The notes under the pieces are model-generated. The model did not search any database. It was not told where the DNA came from and saw only the letters and a list, made by a program, of their open reading frames with translations. Positions 51,866 to 64,000 of a stretch of 64,000 nt of DNA are shown piece after piece. A program made the translations under genes and the position numbers. This DNA comes from an uncultured Bacilli bacterium (lineage in GTDB: Bacteria > Bacillota_I > Bacilli_A > RF39 > UBA660): positions 8,475-72,474 of the forward strand of contig CANRKE010000001.1 in NCBI GenBank assembly GCA_947631135.1, written 5' to 3'. Numbering within the stretch: position 1 is the first letter of the stretch; each line of letters begins with the position of its first letter.

Positions 51866-52669
51866 CTACTTTAGTCTTTTATCTAACTTTTTTTCATTAT
51901 TAATGATACCATGTGCATATACATTATGTTCATGAATTGACTCATAATTAATAAGTTCTGCTTCTATTTTATTATTATATTTTTCAGCAACAGCTAAAAG
52001 TAAATCTCTTATTAAATCTTCTGAAAATTTTGGATTTTCATAAGCTAATTCTGTAATATATTTTTCATCTGTTCTTTTAACTGTACTATATACATTAGAA
52101 CTAAATGACTTTTCCATTATATTGATAATTTCTTCTAAATTAATTTTTTCATAATTCTCGTGTAATATTATTGTTGCCTTACATTTTTGATTATGTGCCC
52201 CGTATTTCGATATGTCTTTGGAACAAGGACATAACATTGTTCCTATAATAGAAATTGATAAACTTTTTTTATTAATATCATTTATTTTGGAATTGTTTAT
52301 TTTCAAATTAACAGTAAAATAAGAATTTTTCTTTGAAATTGGTGAAATTCTTTTTAAAATAATATCAAAATCCATAGTTAATGACATATTGTTAGTTTCC
52401 GTTCTTTTTATTGTAGTATTTATAATTTCATTAATATCTTCAAGTGATATAATTTTATCACACAAATAGTCATTTAATACTTCAATAATTCTGCTTAAAT
52501 GTGCTCCACGAGAATTTTTTTCAAGTGAAACGTTACTAGATATATTACAGATTGAATGATACAATTTATTATTTATAGATAGTGTAATAGGTAATTTGTA
52601 ATCACAAATTCCAATATTACTTATAAAAATATTTCTATCATCTTTTTCATTTTGCAAATCTTTAAGCAT
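51866..52669 (-). CDS. GTP cyclohydrolase FolE2/MptA family (GTP cyclohydrolase I type 2)
   Basis: Matches three FolE2 signatures: RGAHLSR (G-x-H-M/L-SR), MLCPCSKDISKYGAHNQK (CPCSKEIS...GAHNQR) and C-terminal ESIHEHNVYA (ESIH-x-H-x-A-x-A). Confidence 0.7.
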   Translation of the reverse strand: MLKDLQNEKDDRNIFISNIGICDYKLPITLSINNKLYHSICNISSNVSLEKNSRGAHLSRIIEVLNDYLCDKIISLEDINEIINTTIKRTETNNMSLTMDFDIILKRISPISKKNSYFTVNLKINNSKINDINKKSLSISIIGTMLCPCSKDISKYGAHNQKCKATIILHENYEKINLEEIINIMEKSFSSNVYSTVKRTDEKYITELAYENPKFSEDLIRDLLLAVAEKYNNKIEAELINYESIHEHNVYAHGIINNEKKLDKRLK

Positions 52670-53519
52670 TTTTTAACACCTCTTCTATTTTTAATATATT
52701 CTCCTTATTTTTTAAAGCATCTATCCATTTTAAACTATTGTTCTCTATATAATCTCTATTTAAAATTTTCTTTTCATATAAATATACATCTTTCAACAAA
52801 TTATATATAATACAATATTTAAATAATAAATGTATATTGTTTTTTTCTTCTTTTTCAAGTTTAATATTATTATTAAAGTAATTTGAAATAAATACTTTTA
52901 TATTATCAATATCATAATTTTTATTTTTTATAAAAAACCACATAATTACTCTTATTATATCAATAAGTCTATTTCCAATATAAACGTTACCAAAATCAAT
53001 TAGAAATATTTTATTATTATTAATTATAATATTTTCCTTTTTTATATCTGAATGAACGATACATTTTGAAAGAGCATCAAGATTTATGTTTTGAATTTCT
53101 TTAAATATTTTATTTATAAAATTTAAATCTTTAGATAAATATTTAGATCTTATTGCTACACTATAATATTGGTTTAATTTGTTTAGTGATTCTTCATTTT
53201 CTTTATGTTTTTTTATTTTTTCATTAAGAGGTATAGAGTGAAGTTTTTTCAATAATAATGCCAAATTTTTAAAAAATGATTTATCAAAAGTATTAGGATT
53301 ATTTCCATATATATATTTTAATATCATTACATTTTTTGAATTAAAAATAAATTTTGAAATTAATTTAGGACTCTCAAAATCATATTTTTTAAGATATTTT
53401 AAAATCTTAATTTCAAAGCTATTATCAATTTCACTCATTCTAATTATATATTTTTGTTTTCTTATTGTAAAAATGTATACATCATTTATGTTATTATTTT
53501 TAATTTTTTCTAAATTCAC
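52662..53519 (-). CDS. Protein-kinase-like fold phosphotransferase (APH/choline kinase/CotS family small-molecule kinase)
   Basis: Brenner motif VHSDIKKEN (HxDxxxxN) and LIDFGN (DFG-like). 8-nt overlap with the downstream FolE2 gene. Confidence 0.6.
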   Translation of the reverse strand: MNLEKIKNNNINDVYIFTIRKQKYIIRMSEIDNSFEIKILKYLKKYDFESPKLISKFIFNSKNVMILKYIYGNNPNTFDKSFFKNLALLLKKLHSIPLNEKIKKHKENEESLNKLNQYYSVAIRSKYLSKDLNFINKIFKEIQNINLDALSKCIVHSDIKKENIIINNNKIFLIDFGNVYIGNRLIDIIRVIMWFFIKNKNYDIDNIKVFISNYFNNNIKLEKEEKNNIHLLFKYCIIYNLLKDVYLYEKKILNRDYIENNSLKWIDALKNKENILKIEEVLKNA

Positions 53520-53575
53520 ATATATTCCCCCTTTTTCTAAAACTTTAGTATATTATTCCAAGAAATCGCTAATTA

Positions 53576-53604
53576 TTCTATTACTTTTACAATTAAATGT
53601 CAAT
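53576..53604 (-). promoter_or_regulatory. Candidate promoter of the six-gene island operon
   Basis: Minus strand TTGACA-17 nt-TAGAAT, ~50 nt upstream of the first gene's AGGGGG RBS. Confidence 0.35.
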
Positions 53605-53708
53605 AGAATACATATTTTTTATAAATTTTTCAGGATAAATTCATGAAATAAATTTATTTGTTATAAATAATTACTAAAAACGTACATAGAAAAACATCTA
53701 TAAAATAT

Positions 53709-53737
53709 TTGCTTTTATGTTACAAATATTGTATAAT
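53709..53737 (+). promoter_or_regulatory. Candidate promoter for the 192-aa gene
   Basis: TTGCTT-17 nt-TATAAT. Confidence 0.35.
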
Positions 53738-53898
53738 AAGTGCTGAAAGGAAAAATTTGTTAGAAAAATAATATTTTAATTAAAAATAAATCGTTCAGTA
53801 AATGATTTATTTAAGATTAGTGTGATGTAATTGATAAAATATAAATTTCATTTTTTAATAATTTTAATATAGTAAAAGTATTAGGAGGTTATAATTTT

Positions 53899-54477
53899 AT
53901 GAAAAAAATAGATTTAGATGAATTCGATGATTCAAATATGTTTGCTAATGATACTATTGAAAATTTAAAAAAAGATTGTAAGAACGGTTTTCAATTATTA
54001 AAAATAATAATCGATGGAAAGCCAAAAAATATTAATCCTCTAACAGAAATACCAGAACCTCAAATGAGATTGTTTGGCTTTTCTGATGCTTTTAATAGTG
54101 TATATTTTGAAACTGAAGAAGAATTAATTGAATGGGCAAAAGAACATAATAGAGATTCTGATAGTATACGCGTAATGGATTATTTAGGAACAGTTGCTGG
54201 TCGTAGTGATGTAATTAGAGTAAAATATCCAGGTGGAAAAGATTTATTATTTACTCATTGTGATGAAGATGGATATGGAATATACAATTATAACAGAAGC
54301 AATTATAGAGGCGAATTTATATGGGAATATAGTTACGGAAGCATTAGTGATATGTACAAAGAATTTAGAGATAGAGGTATTGTGTTTGAAAATGATATCT
54401 ATGCAAAAATTGAAGAAAGTAAAAAAGAATTATTTAAAAAGATTAAAGAAATAAATAAAAAACATTTTAACAAATAA
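53899..54477 (+). CDS. Hypothetical protein (192 aa) adjacent to oriC
   Basis: Intact ORF with GGAGG RBS; no recognisable family. Confidence 0.5.
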   Translation: MKKIDLDEFDDSNMFANDTIENLKKDCKNGFQLLKIIIDGKPKNINPLTEIPEPQMRLFGFSDAFNSVYFETEEELIEWAKEHNRDSDSIRVMDYLGTVAGRSDVIRVKYPGGKDLLFTHCDEDGYGIYNYNRSNYRGEFIWEYSYGSISDMYKEFRDRGIVFENDIYAKIEESKKELFKKIKEINKKHFNK

Positions 54478-54619
54478 TAATTCTTAAATTAATTATAAGA
54501 TGCTTAACTTAAAAAGTATCTTTTTTATTTGATTAATATTTAATTTATAAAATAGTTAATATTACTTTTCCCAGGAAATAAATTTTACTATATGGGGAAA
54601 TAATAATATTTTCCATAAA

Positions 54620-54825
54620 AAATATTTCCCACAGGTATGTGGAAAAAATTGTGGAAAACTAACCCTTATAAAATATGGATAAACTTTAGTTTTCCACAGT
54701 TATCCACAGGCATGTGCAAAAAAAGTTAACAAGTGTGTAAACTTTTTCCACAGGATTGTGCATAACTTATATTTCCCAGTAAAAAATAAGATTTTTTCCT
54801 GTTGAAAACTTTGTGGAAAAAAATT
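54620..54825. promoter_or_regulatory. oriC DnaA-box cluster upstream of dnaA
   Basis: TTATCCACA at 54700-54708. TTTTCCACA variants on either strand at 54638-54646, 54650-54658, 54690-54698, 54744-54752 and 54812-54820. TTTCCCACA at 54625-54633. Confidence 0.7.
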
Positions 54826-54910
54826 TTATTAAATTTGCCAATATATCTTTTTTTTTGTCGATATTTAGTTTAAAATAATTAGTAAGAGATGTAGTAAGGG
54901 AGGTGGGTAT

Positions 54911-56269
54911 ATGAATGTTAATAGTATTTGGAATAATTTTTTGGAGAACATTAAATTACAAATTACAAATCTATCTTATGAAACTTGGTTTAAGAATACT
55001 AAGTTATTAGAAATTAAAGATGGTGTAGCTAAGATAGTTGTTGAAACTTATGTACATAAAAAACATTTACTTGAAAACTATACTGATTTAATAATTGATA
55101 CTTTAAATCAAGTAACTGGTACAAACTTTTATATTGAATTTATATTGGAAGATGAACTAAATAATGAGAATGCAGAAATAGATGTAGATTTAATTGGTGT
55201 ACCTAATAGTAAGAATAGAATAGAATCAAATCTAAATTCCAAATATGATTTTGATTCATTCATTGTTGGTGAAAGTAATAGATTTGCACATGCTGCTGCT
55301 TTATCTGTTGCGGAAAATCCTGGTAAGATGTATAATCCATTATTTATATATGGAAAGAGTGGTTTAGGTAAAACTCATTTAATGCATGCGATTGGAAATT
55401 ATATCGATGCTAATTCTTCAAAAACTGTTTTATATGTTACTAGTGATCAATTTATTAATGATTTTGTTGAAATTAATAAAAAAGATAAAAATGATAATAA
55501 TTATGATTATGTTGAATATTTTAAAAATAAATATAGAAATATAGATGTATTAATTATTGATGATATACAATTTTTAGGAAGTGCAGCTCAAACTCAACAA
55601 GAATTTTTCCACACTTTTAATAAATTGTATGACGATAATAAACAGATTATAATATCATCAGATAGATCACCAGACGATTTAAAAATTCTAGAAGATAGAT
55701 TAAGAACAAGATTTGGTTGGGGATTATCAGTTAATATTTTTCCACCTGATTTTGAACTAAGAAAAAATATATTAGTTAAAAAAATATCTGCTCAGGGAGT
55801 TAATAGTAAAATACCAAATGACGTTATTGAATATATTGCGAATAATTGTCAATCAGATGTTAGACAATTAGAGGGAGCTATAACAAGATTATTTGCATAT
55901 GCAACTATGATGAACGGAAGTGATATAACTTTAGAACTTGCAATAGAAGCTTTAAAAGATCATCTTCATAAATCAATAGGAGAAAAAAATAGTGTTAATA
56001 GAATACAAAGAATAGTATCTGATTATTATCATGTTACTGTTGAAGATTTAAAAAGTAAGAAAAGAAGTACACAAATTGCTTTTCCAAGACAAATAGCAAT
56101 GTATTTAACAAGAGTTCTTACTAATGAGTCTTTTCCTAAAATAGGAATTGAGTTTGGTGGAAGAGATCATTCAACAGTTATGCACTCAATAGATAAAATA
56201 GAAAAAGAAATAAATAAAAATAGACAATTAAAAAATATTGTTGATAAACTAAAAGAACAAGCAAGATAA
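54911..56269 (+). CDS. dnaA: Chromosomal replication initiator protein DnaA
   Basis: AAA+ Walker A GKSGLGKTHL; C-terminal DNA-binding domain (GGRDHSTVMHS). Confidence 0.95.
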   Translation: MNVNSIWNNFLENIKLQITNLSYETWFKNTKLLEIKDGVAKIVVETYVHKKHLLENYTDLIIDTLNQVTGTNFYIEFILEDELNNENAEIDVDLIGVPNSKNRIESNLNSKYDFDSFIVGESNRFAHAAALSVAENPGKMYNPLFIYGKSGLGKTHLMHAIGNYIDANSSKTVLYVTSDQFINDFVEINKKDKNDNNYDYVEYFKNKYRNIDVLIIDDIQFLGSAAQTQQEFFHTFNKLYDDNKQIIISSDRSPDDLKILEDRLRTRFGWGLSVNIFPPDFELRKNILVKKISAQGVNSKIPNDVIEYIANNCQSDVRQLEGAITRLFAYATMMNGSDITLELAIEALKDHLHKSIGEKNSVNRIQRIVSDYYHVTVEDLKSKKRSTQIAFPRQIAMYLTRVLTNESFPKIGIEFGGRDHSTVMHSIDKIEKEINKNRQLKNIVDKLKEQAR

Positions 56270-56278
56270 AAACATATT

Positions 56279-56415
56279 TGTGGAAAAACTAAACTTGTCC
56301 ACATAATTATCCACAACTAAAATTTTTGTTTTTTTCCTAATATATAAGAAAAAAATACAGTTTTCCACAAGTTTCCACAGTAATAATAACAATAATAATA
56401 AATATAATTATATTC
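56279..56415. promoter_or_regulatory. oriC part 2: DnaA boxes plus AT-rich DNA-unwinding element between dnaA and dnaN
   Basis: Boxes TGTGGAAAA (56279-56287), TTGTCCACA (56295-56303), TTATCCACA (56307-56315), TTTTCCACA (56361-56369), GTTTCCACA (56371-56379). Then TAATAATAACAATAATAATAAATATAATTATATT. Confidence 0.7.
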
Positions 56416-56431
56416 AAGGGAGGAATTATTT

Positions 56432-57553
56432 ATGAATTTAAAAATTAAAAAGTCAATATTATTAGAAAATTTATTAAAGGTTGAAAAAGCAATATCAACA
56501 AAAAATATTATACCTGTATTATCTGGTATTAAATTCGATTTAACTAATGATGGATTATATCTAACTGCTAGTGATAATGATATCACAATACAAGCATTTA
56601 TAGATAAAAGTAAAATAGATAATATAGAAAAGTGTGGTAGTGTTGTATTACAAGGAAGATATATTGTAGAAATAGTAAGAAAATTACCTAGTGATGATAT
56701 TTCTATAGTTATGATAGATGAATATAAAGTTTGTATTACTTGTGAGTCTTCTACATTTAATCTTAATGCAATTGACCCTAATGATTTTCCAAAGACAAGT
56801 ATGTCTGATAGTAAAGTAAAATTAGAATTAGATAAAGAAGTATTTAAAAGTATAATAAATCAAACAAGTTTTGCAACTTCTCAACAAGAAACAAGACCTC
56901 TTCTTACAGGTATTAATTTTAAAGTAGAAGAGGATGTTCTAGAAGTTATAGCAACCGACTCATATAGACTAGCTAAGCAATCAATTAAATTAAATCAAGT
57001 ATATAAAGATAGTATAAATATTGTTATACCTTGTAAAAATATATTGGAATTAATGAAAATTCTTAAAGATGATAATGAAATATTACAAATACATATATTT
57101 CAAAATAGAGTATTATTTAAATTTGATAATGTTTTACTACAAAGTAGATTGTTAAGTGGTACTTATCCTGATACTTCAAAACTTATTCCAACAGATTATA
57201 CATTAAAAATTAATGCACCATTAATGCAATTATATGATGTTGTTGATAGAGCTTCATTATTATCTAATGATAAAGAAAAAAATGTAATTAAATTGCAAAC
57301 TAAAAAAGATATTATGACTATATCATCTAATTCTCCTGAAATTGGTAGGGTAGAAGAAAATTTAAATATAGTTAAAGAAGTTGATAATGATATTACTATA
57401 TCTTTTAGTTCTAAATATATGATGGAAGCACTAAGGGCTCTTAAATGTGAAAAAGTTGTAATATTACTTAGTAGTGAAGTAAAACCTATTATATTAAAGA
57501 ATCCTGAAAATGATAATATTGTTCAACTTATTTTACCAATTAGAACATATTAA
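56432..57553 (+). CDS. dnaN: DNA polymerase III beta subunit (sliding clamp)
   Basis: Homology; ~373 aa; synteny. Confidence 0.95.
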   Translation: MNLKIKKSILLENLLKVEKAISTKNIIPVLSGIKFDLTNDGLYLTASDNDITIQAFIDKSKIDNIEKCGSVVLQGRYIVEIVRKLPSDDISIVMIDEYKVCITCESSTFNLNAIDPNDFPKTSMSDSKVKLELDKEVFKSIINQTSFATSQQETRPLLTGINFKVEEDVLEVIATDSYRLAKQSIKLNQVYKDSINIVIPCKNILELMKILKDDNEILQIHIFQNRVLFKFDNVLLQSRLLSGTYPDTSKLIPTDYTLKINAPLMQLYDVVDRASLLSNDKEKNVIKLQTKKDIMTISSNSPEIGRVEENLNIVKEVDNDITISFSSKYMMEALRALKCEKVVILLSSEVKPIILKNPENDNIVQLILPIRTY

Positions 57554-57682
57554 TATAATAAATATATATAAATTTAATAAAGTCGACAATTTGTGATAAA
57601 TTTCGGCTTTTTTATGTGGTAAATTATGTGCATAGACACATTTTTTGTCTATTGTTTGGTTATTTGAAAGGGGGGATATGGT

Positions 57683-58135
57683 ATGTTAAGTTATTATTTA
57701 ATTAATGATGAAACATGTGCTCTTGTTCCTGTTAATGAATATAAAACTAGAATATATGAACTTACTAGAAAATTTGAGGTTTCTCAAAATATTAAAACTA
57801 TAGTTAATGATAGTTGTTTAAAATTTGGTAGTTCTTATAGTGGACGTGCAGCTGCAACTAAATATGCTATTGGTTATACACATAAAGTTCCTATTTGTGT
57901 AAATGAATCAACATTAAATATATTTTTTCCTACTAAATCACCAAGGTTAGAGGATTGTGCATGGATAAGTTATAAAAATATATATATATATGGAAGAAAT
58001 AGTAAAAATTCATTTATAACATTTAGAAATAATGAAACAATACAAGTTGATGTTAGTTATGCTGTTATACAAAATCAATTATTTAGATCTTCTAGATTGG
58101 AATATTATGTCAAAAATACTTTTCCTCGTGTATAA
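57683..58135 (+). CDS. ComK-family competence transcription factor-like protein
   Basis: CLKFGSSYSGRAAATKYAIGYTHKVPICVNESTLNIFFPTKSPRLEDCAWIS aligns with B. subtilis ComK CRFFGSSYAGRKAGTYEVTKISHKPPIMVDPSNQIFLFPTLSSTRPQCGWIS. Confidence 0.7.
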   Translation: MLSYYLINDETCALVPVNEYKTRIYELTRKFEVSQNIKTIVNDSCLKFGSSYSGRAAATKYAIGYTHKVPICVNESTLNIFFPTKSPRLEDCAWISYKNIYIYGRNSKNSFITFRNNETIQVDVSYAVIQNQLFRSSRLEYYVKNTFPRV

Positions 58136-58274
58136 GTAAAAATAATAGTAGAAAAAGTTGGAAAAATTACACTTTTTCTTTTTTTAAGTACCATTTTGTG
58201 GTATAATATTATCATGCGTATAGGTATACTAATATTATCAAAAGGGCGGTTATATAGATGAAAATAGGGAAATT

Positions 58275-61311
<3,037 letters not shown>

Positions 61312-61323
61312 GAGGTTTTAGAT

Positions 61324-63789
61324 ATGTTAGAACATGATAAATTACAATCACAAAATATTGTTGAAGAAATGGAAACATCATTTTTAGATTATTCTATGAG
61401 TGTAATTGTTTCACGTGCACTTCCTGATTTAAGAGATGGATTAAAGCCTGTTCATAGAAGAATTTTGTATTCTATGTATGAGAGTGGGTATACACCTGAT
61501 AAACAATTTAGGAAAAGTGCGAAAACTGTTGGTGAAGTTATGGGTAATTATCACCCTCATGGTGATACTGCTATATATGAATCAATGGTAAGAATGGCAC
61601 AACCATTTAGTTATAGACATATGCTTGTTGATGGACATGGTAATTTTGGTTCAATGGATGGTGATGGTGCAGCAGCAATGCGTTATACTGAAGCAAGATT
61701 ATCTAAAATATCTATGGAATTACTTAGAGATATAAATAAAAATACGGTTGATTTTGAACCTAACTTTGATGGTACTACTAAAGAACCAATTGTTTTACCT
61801 TCTAGATTTCCAAATATTTTAGTTAATGGTACTATGGGTATTGCTGTTGGTATGGCTACTAATATACCACCTCATAATTTAGGTGAAGTAATAGATGGGT
61901 GTGTTGCTTATATTGATAATAATGATATTACTACATCTGAGTTAATGGAATATATTAAAGGACCTGATTTTCCTACTGGAGCTATTATATTAGGTAATAA
62001 TGGTATTAAGAAAGCTTATGAAACAGGTAAGGGTACTATTACTTTACGTGGTAGAGTAGAAATTGTTGAAAAACATGGTAAGAGTATGATTGTTATTACT
62101 GAATTACCTTATCAAGTTAATAAAAAAGTTTTTCAAGAACGTATTGGTGAATTAGTTAGAGATAAAGTAATTGATGGTATAGCTGATTTACATGAAGAAA
62201 CTAATTTGGAAAATGGTATAAAAATAGTTGTTACTCTTAAAAAAGAAGCAAATGCTAATGTCATTTTAAATAATTTATATAAACATACTCAATTACAAAT
62301 GAATTTTGGTATTTCTTTCTTAATGATTGATGAGGGACAACCTAAAACATTGGGATTAAAAGATATTATTTCTAAATATATTGATTTCCAAAGAAGTGTT
62401 ATTGTTAGAAGAACTAAATTTGAATTAGATAAAGCAGAAAAAAGAGCTCATATATTAGAAGGATTAAAGATTGCTCTTGATAATATTGATGAAGTTATCC
62501 ATATAATAAGGGATAGTGAGTCAGATGTTGTTGCTAAAGAAACATTGATTGTTAAATTTAATTTAGATGATGTACAAGCAGAAGCTATCTTGGAAATGAG
62601 ACTTAGAAGACTTACTGGTTTGGAAAGAGATAAAATAGAAAATGAAATTAAACAATTATTAGAATTAATTGAAAATTTAAAAGATATTTTAGCTCATGAT
62701 GAAAAGGTACTTAATATTATTAAAGAAGAATTAATTGATATTAAAAATAAATATGCAGATGATAGAAGAACTCATATTGATATGACAGCTATTGAATATA
62801 TTGAAGATGAATCTTTGATACCTGTTGATAATATTGTTATTACATTAACTGATAATGGATATATAAAAAGAATGCCTGTTGATACTTATAAATCACAACA
62901 CCGTGGTGGTGTAGGTATTAAGGGTATGAGTACTAATGAAGAAGATTATGTTAAATATATTATTTCTGGTACAACTCATGATTATATAATGTTCTTTACT
63001 AATAAAGGTAGAGTTTATAGAATTAAAGGTTATGAAATACCATCATTCTCAAGACAATCTAAAGGATTACCTGTTATTAATCTTTTACCTCTTGATAAAG
63101 ATGAAATAATAAGTAATATATTATCTGTTGAAAAGAATGATGATTGTAAAAATTTATTATTTGTTACAAAGAAAGGTATTGTTAAAAGAACTTCTATAAA
63201 TGAATTTGAAAATATTAGAAATAATGGTAAGATAGCTATTACTTTAAAAGATGATGATGAACTTATTAGTGTTAGAAAAACAAATGGTGATAATTATATT
63301 CTAATTGGTTCTAATCAAGGAAGAATGGTTAGATTTAATGAAAAAGAAGTTAGAGTAATGGGTAGAAGTGCAAGTGGTGTTAGAGGTATTAATATGCCTG
63401 AAGATGCTGTTTGTGTAGGTGCTGAAATTTCTAATAATGCAGATGAAGTATTGATTGTTACAGAAAAAGGTTATGGTAAGAGAACTAATGTTGATGAATT
63501 TAGAGAAACAAGAAGAGGTAGTAAGGGTGTTAAAGCACTAAATATTACTGATAAGAATGGTACAATAGTTGAATTTAAAACTGTTAATAAAGATCAAGAT
63601 TTAATGATTATTACTGATACTGGTATGATTATTAGAGTTTCAATAGATCAAATTTCACTTATGGGTAGAGCAACTCAAGGTGTTAGATTAATTAATCTTA
63701 AAGATGATCAAAAAGTTTCTACTGTAACTGTTGTTAGTAAAGATGAAAAAGATGATGTAGAAGATACTGAAGATGTAAGTACAGAATAA
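61324..63789 (+). CDS. gyrA: DNA gyrase subunit A
   Basis: Catalytic Tyr region ([10 protein letters not shown]), GyrA box-containing C-terminal domain, acidic tail. Confidence 0.95.
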   Translation: MLEHDKLQSQNIVEEMETSFLDYSMSVIVSRALPDLRDGLKPVHRRILYSMYESGYTPDKQFRKSAKTVGEVMGNYHPHGDTAIYESMVRMAQPFSYRHMLVDGHGNFGSMDGDGAAAMRYTEARLSKISMELLRDINKNTVDFEPNFDGTTKEPIVLPSRFPNILVNGTMGIAVGMATNIPPHNLGEVIDGCVAYIDNNDITTSELMEYIKGPDFPTGAIILGNNGIKKAYETGKGTITLRGRVEIVEKHGKSMIVITELPYQVNKKVFQERIGELVRDKVIDGIADLHEETNLENGIKIVVTLKKEANANVILNNLYKHTQLQMNFGISFLMIDEGQPKTLGLKDIISKYIDFQRSVIVRRTKFELDKAEKRAHILEGLKIALDNIDEVIHIIRDSESDVVAKETLIVKFNLDDVQAEAILEMRLRRLTGLERDKIENEIKQLLELIENLKDILAHDEKVLNIIKEELIDIKNKYADDRRTHIDMTAIEYIEDESLIPVDNIVITLTDNGYIKRMPVDTYKSQHRGGVGIKGMSTNEEDYVKYIISGTTHDYIMFFTNKGRVYRIKGYEIPSFSRQSKGLPVINLLPLDKDEIISNILSVEKNDDCKNLLFVTKKGIVKRTSINEFENIRNNGKIAITLKDDDELISVRKTNGDNYILIGSNQGRMVRFNEKEVRVMGRSASGVRGINMPEDAVCVGAEISNNADEVLIVTEKGYGKRTNVDEFRETRRGSKGVKALNITDKNGTIVEFKTVNKDQDLMIITDTGMIIRVSIDQISLMGRATQGVRLINLKDDQKVSTVTVVSKDEKDDVEDTEDVSTE

Positions 63790-63878
63790 TAATTATAAAA
63801 TAGGACTTATTAATAATGAGTTCTATTTTTAATACATAAAATATTACAAAAAAACCATATATAAATATGTATATATAA

Positions 63879-63907
63879 TTGACATACAAAACGCAATGCT
63901 ATATAAT
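63879..63907 (+). promoter_or_regulatory. Consensus sigma-A promoter downstream of gyrA
   Basis: TTGACA-17 nt-TATAAT, perfect hexamers; the downstream target lies beyond the window. Confidence 0.4.
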
Positions 63908-64000
63908 TTAATTAGGTCAAGAAATGAGTGATAGCATGGGAATATATTTAAATCCAGGAAACGAAGATTTTAAAATTAGTATTAATTCAAATATATATGT

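Noticed and set aside
54233-54454. 73-aa plus-strand ORF nested in the 192-aa gene in another frame
   Set aside because: Alternative frame of an already called CDS; no separate RBS.
56317-56586. 89-aa minus-strand ORF spanning the dnaA-dnaN DnaA-box/DUE region and the dnaN start
   Set aside because: Overlaps the origin unwinding element and dnaN N-terminus antisense; composition is nonsense (YYYCYYYC); spurious.
63790-64000. Possible rRNA operon start after gyrA
   Set aside because: A strong promoter is present, but the ~90 nt available downstream shows no 16S 5' signature; not enough sequence to call.

Overview
AT-rich (roughly 25-30% GC by eye) Firmicutes chromosomal window spanning the replication origin. 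Identifying the replication origin: dnaA at 54911-56269, with DnaA-box clusters upstream of dnaA and between dnaA and dnaN, the latter followed by an AT-rich unwinding element. Left replichore, minus strand: a complete S10-spc-alpha ribosomal protein cluster (rpsJ to rplQ, 2145-16229, no L30 gene), then gpmI, an RpoD-like sigma factor of unusual length, rpmE, murA, mntP, spoIIR, prmC-prfA, rpoE (delta), argS, a class A PBP, a ParB/Noc-like protein, rsmG-mnmG-mnmE-jag-yidC-rnpA-rpmH. SpoIIR, RNAP delta and a ComK homolog together suggest a spore-forming Bacilli/Erysipelotrichia-like organism. Right of oriC, plus strand: dnaA-dnaN-(comK-like)-recF-gyrB-gyrA. The most unusual element is a compact six-gene minus-strand operon (47455-53519) inserted between rpmH and the dnaA DnaA-box cluster, which are normally adjacent. 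It encodes a Qng1/DUF2419-like queuosine-salvage glycosylase, a P-loop nucleoside/nucleotide kinase, a nucleotidyltransferase-like/class I SAM methyltransferase fusion, an unknown protein, a FolE2/MptA-type GTP cyclohydrolase and a protein-kinase-like-fold small-molecule kinase. This is a candidate undescribed GTP/7-deazapurine-related nucleoside modification or salvage module, possibly producing an antiviral nucleotide. Other accessory content: an ATPase+TOPRIM pair (AbiL/PARIS/split-OLD-like) between murA and mntP; a solo HipA-like kinase; a ParB homolog carrying a ~280-aa Q/N/M-rich prion-like insert with no adjacent ParA; and a terminator/antiterminator-type leader RNA upstream of a 525-aa surface protein gene. 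No CRISPR arrays, rRNA or tRNA genes were seen.
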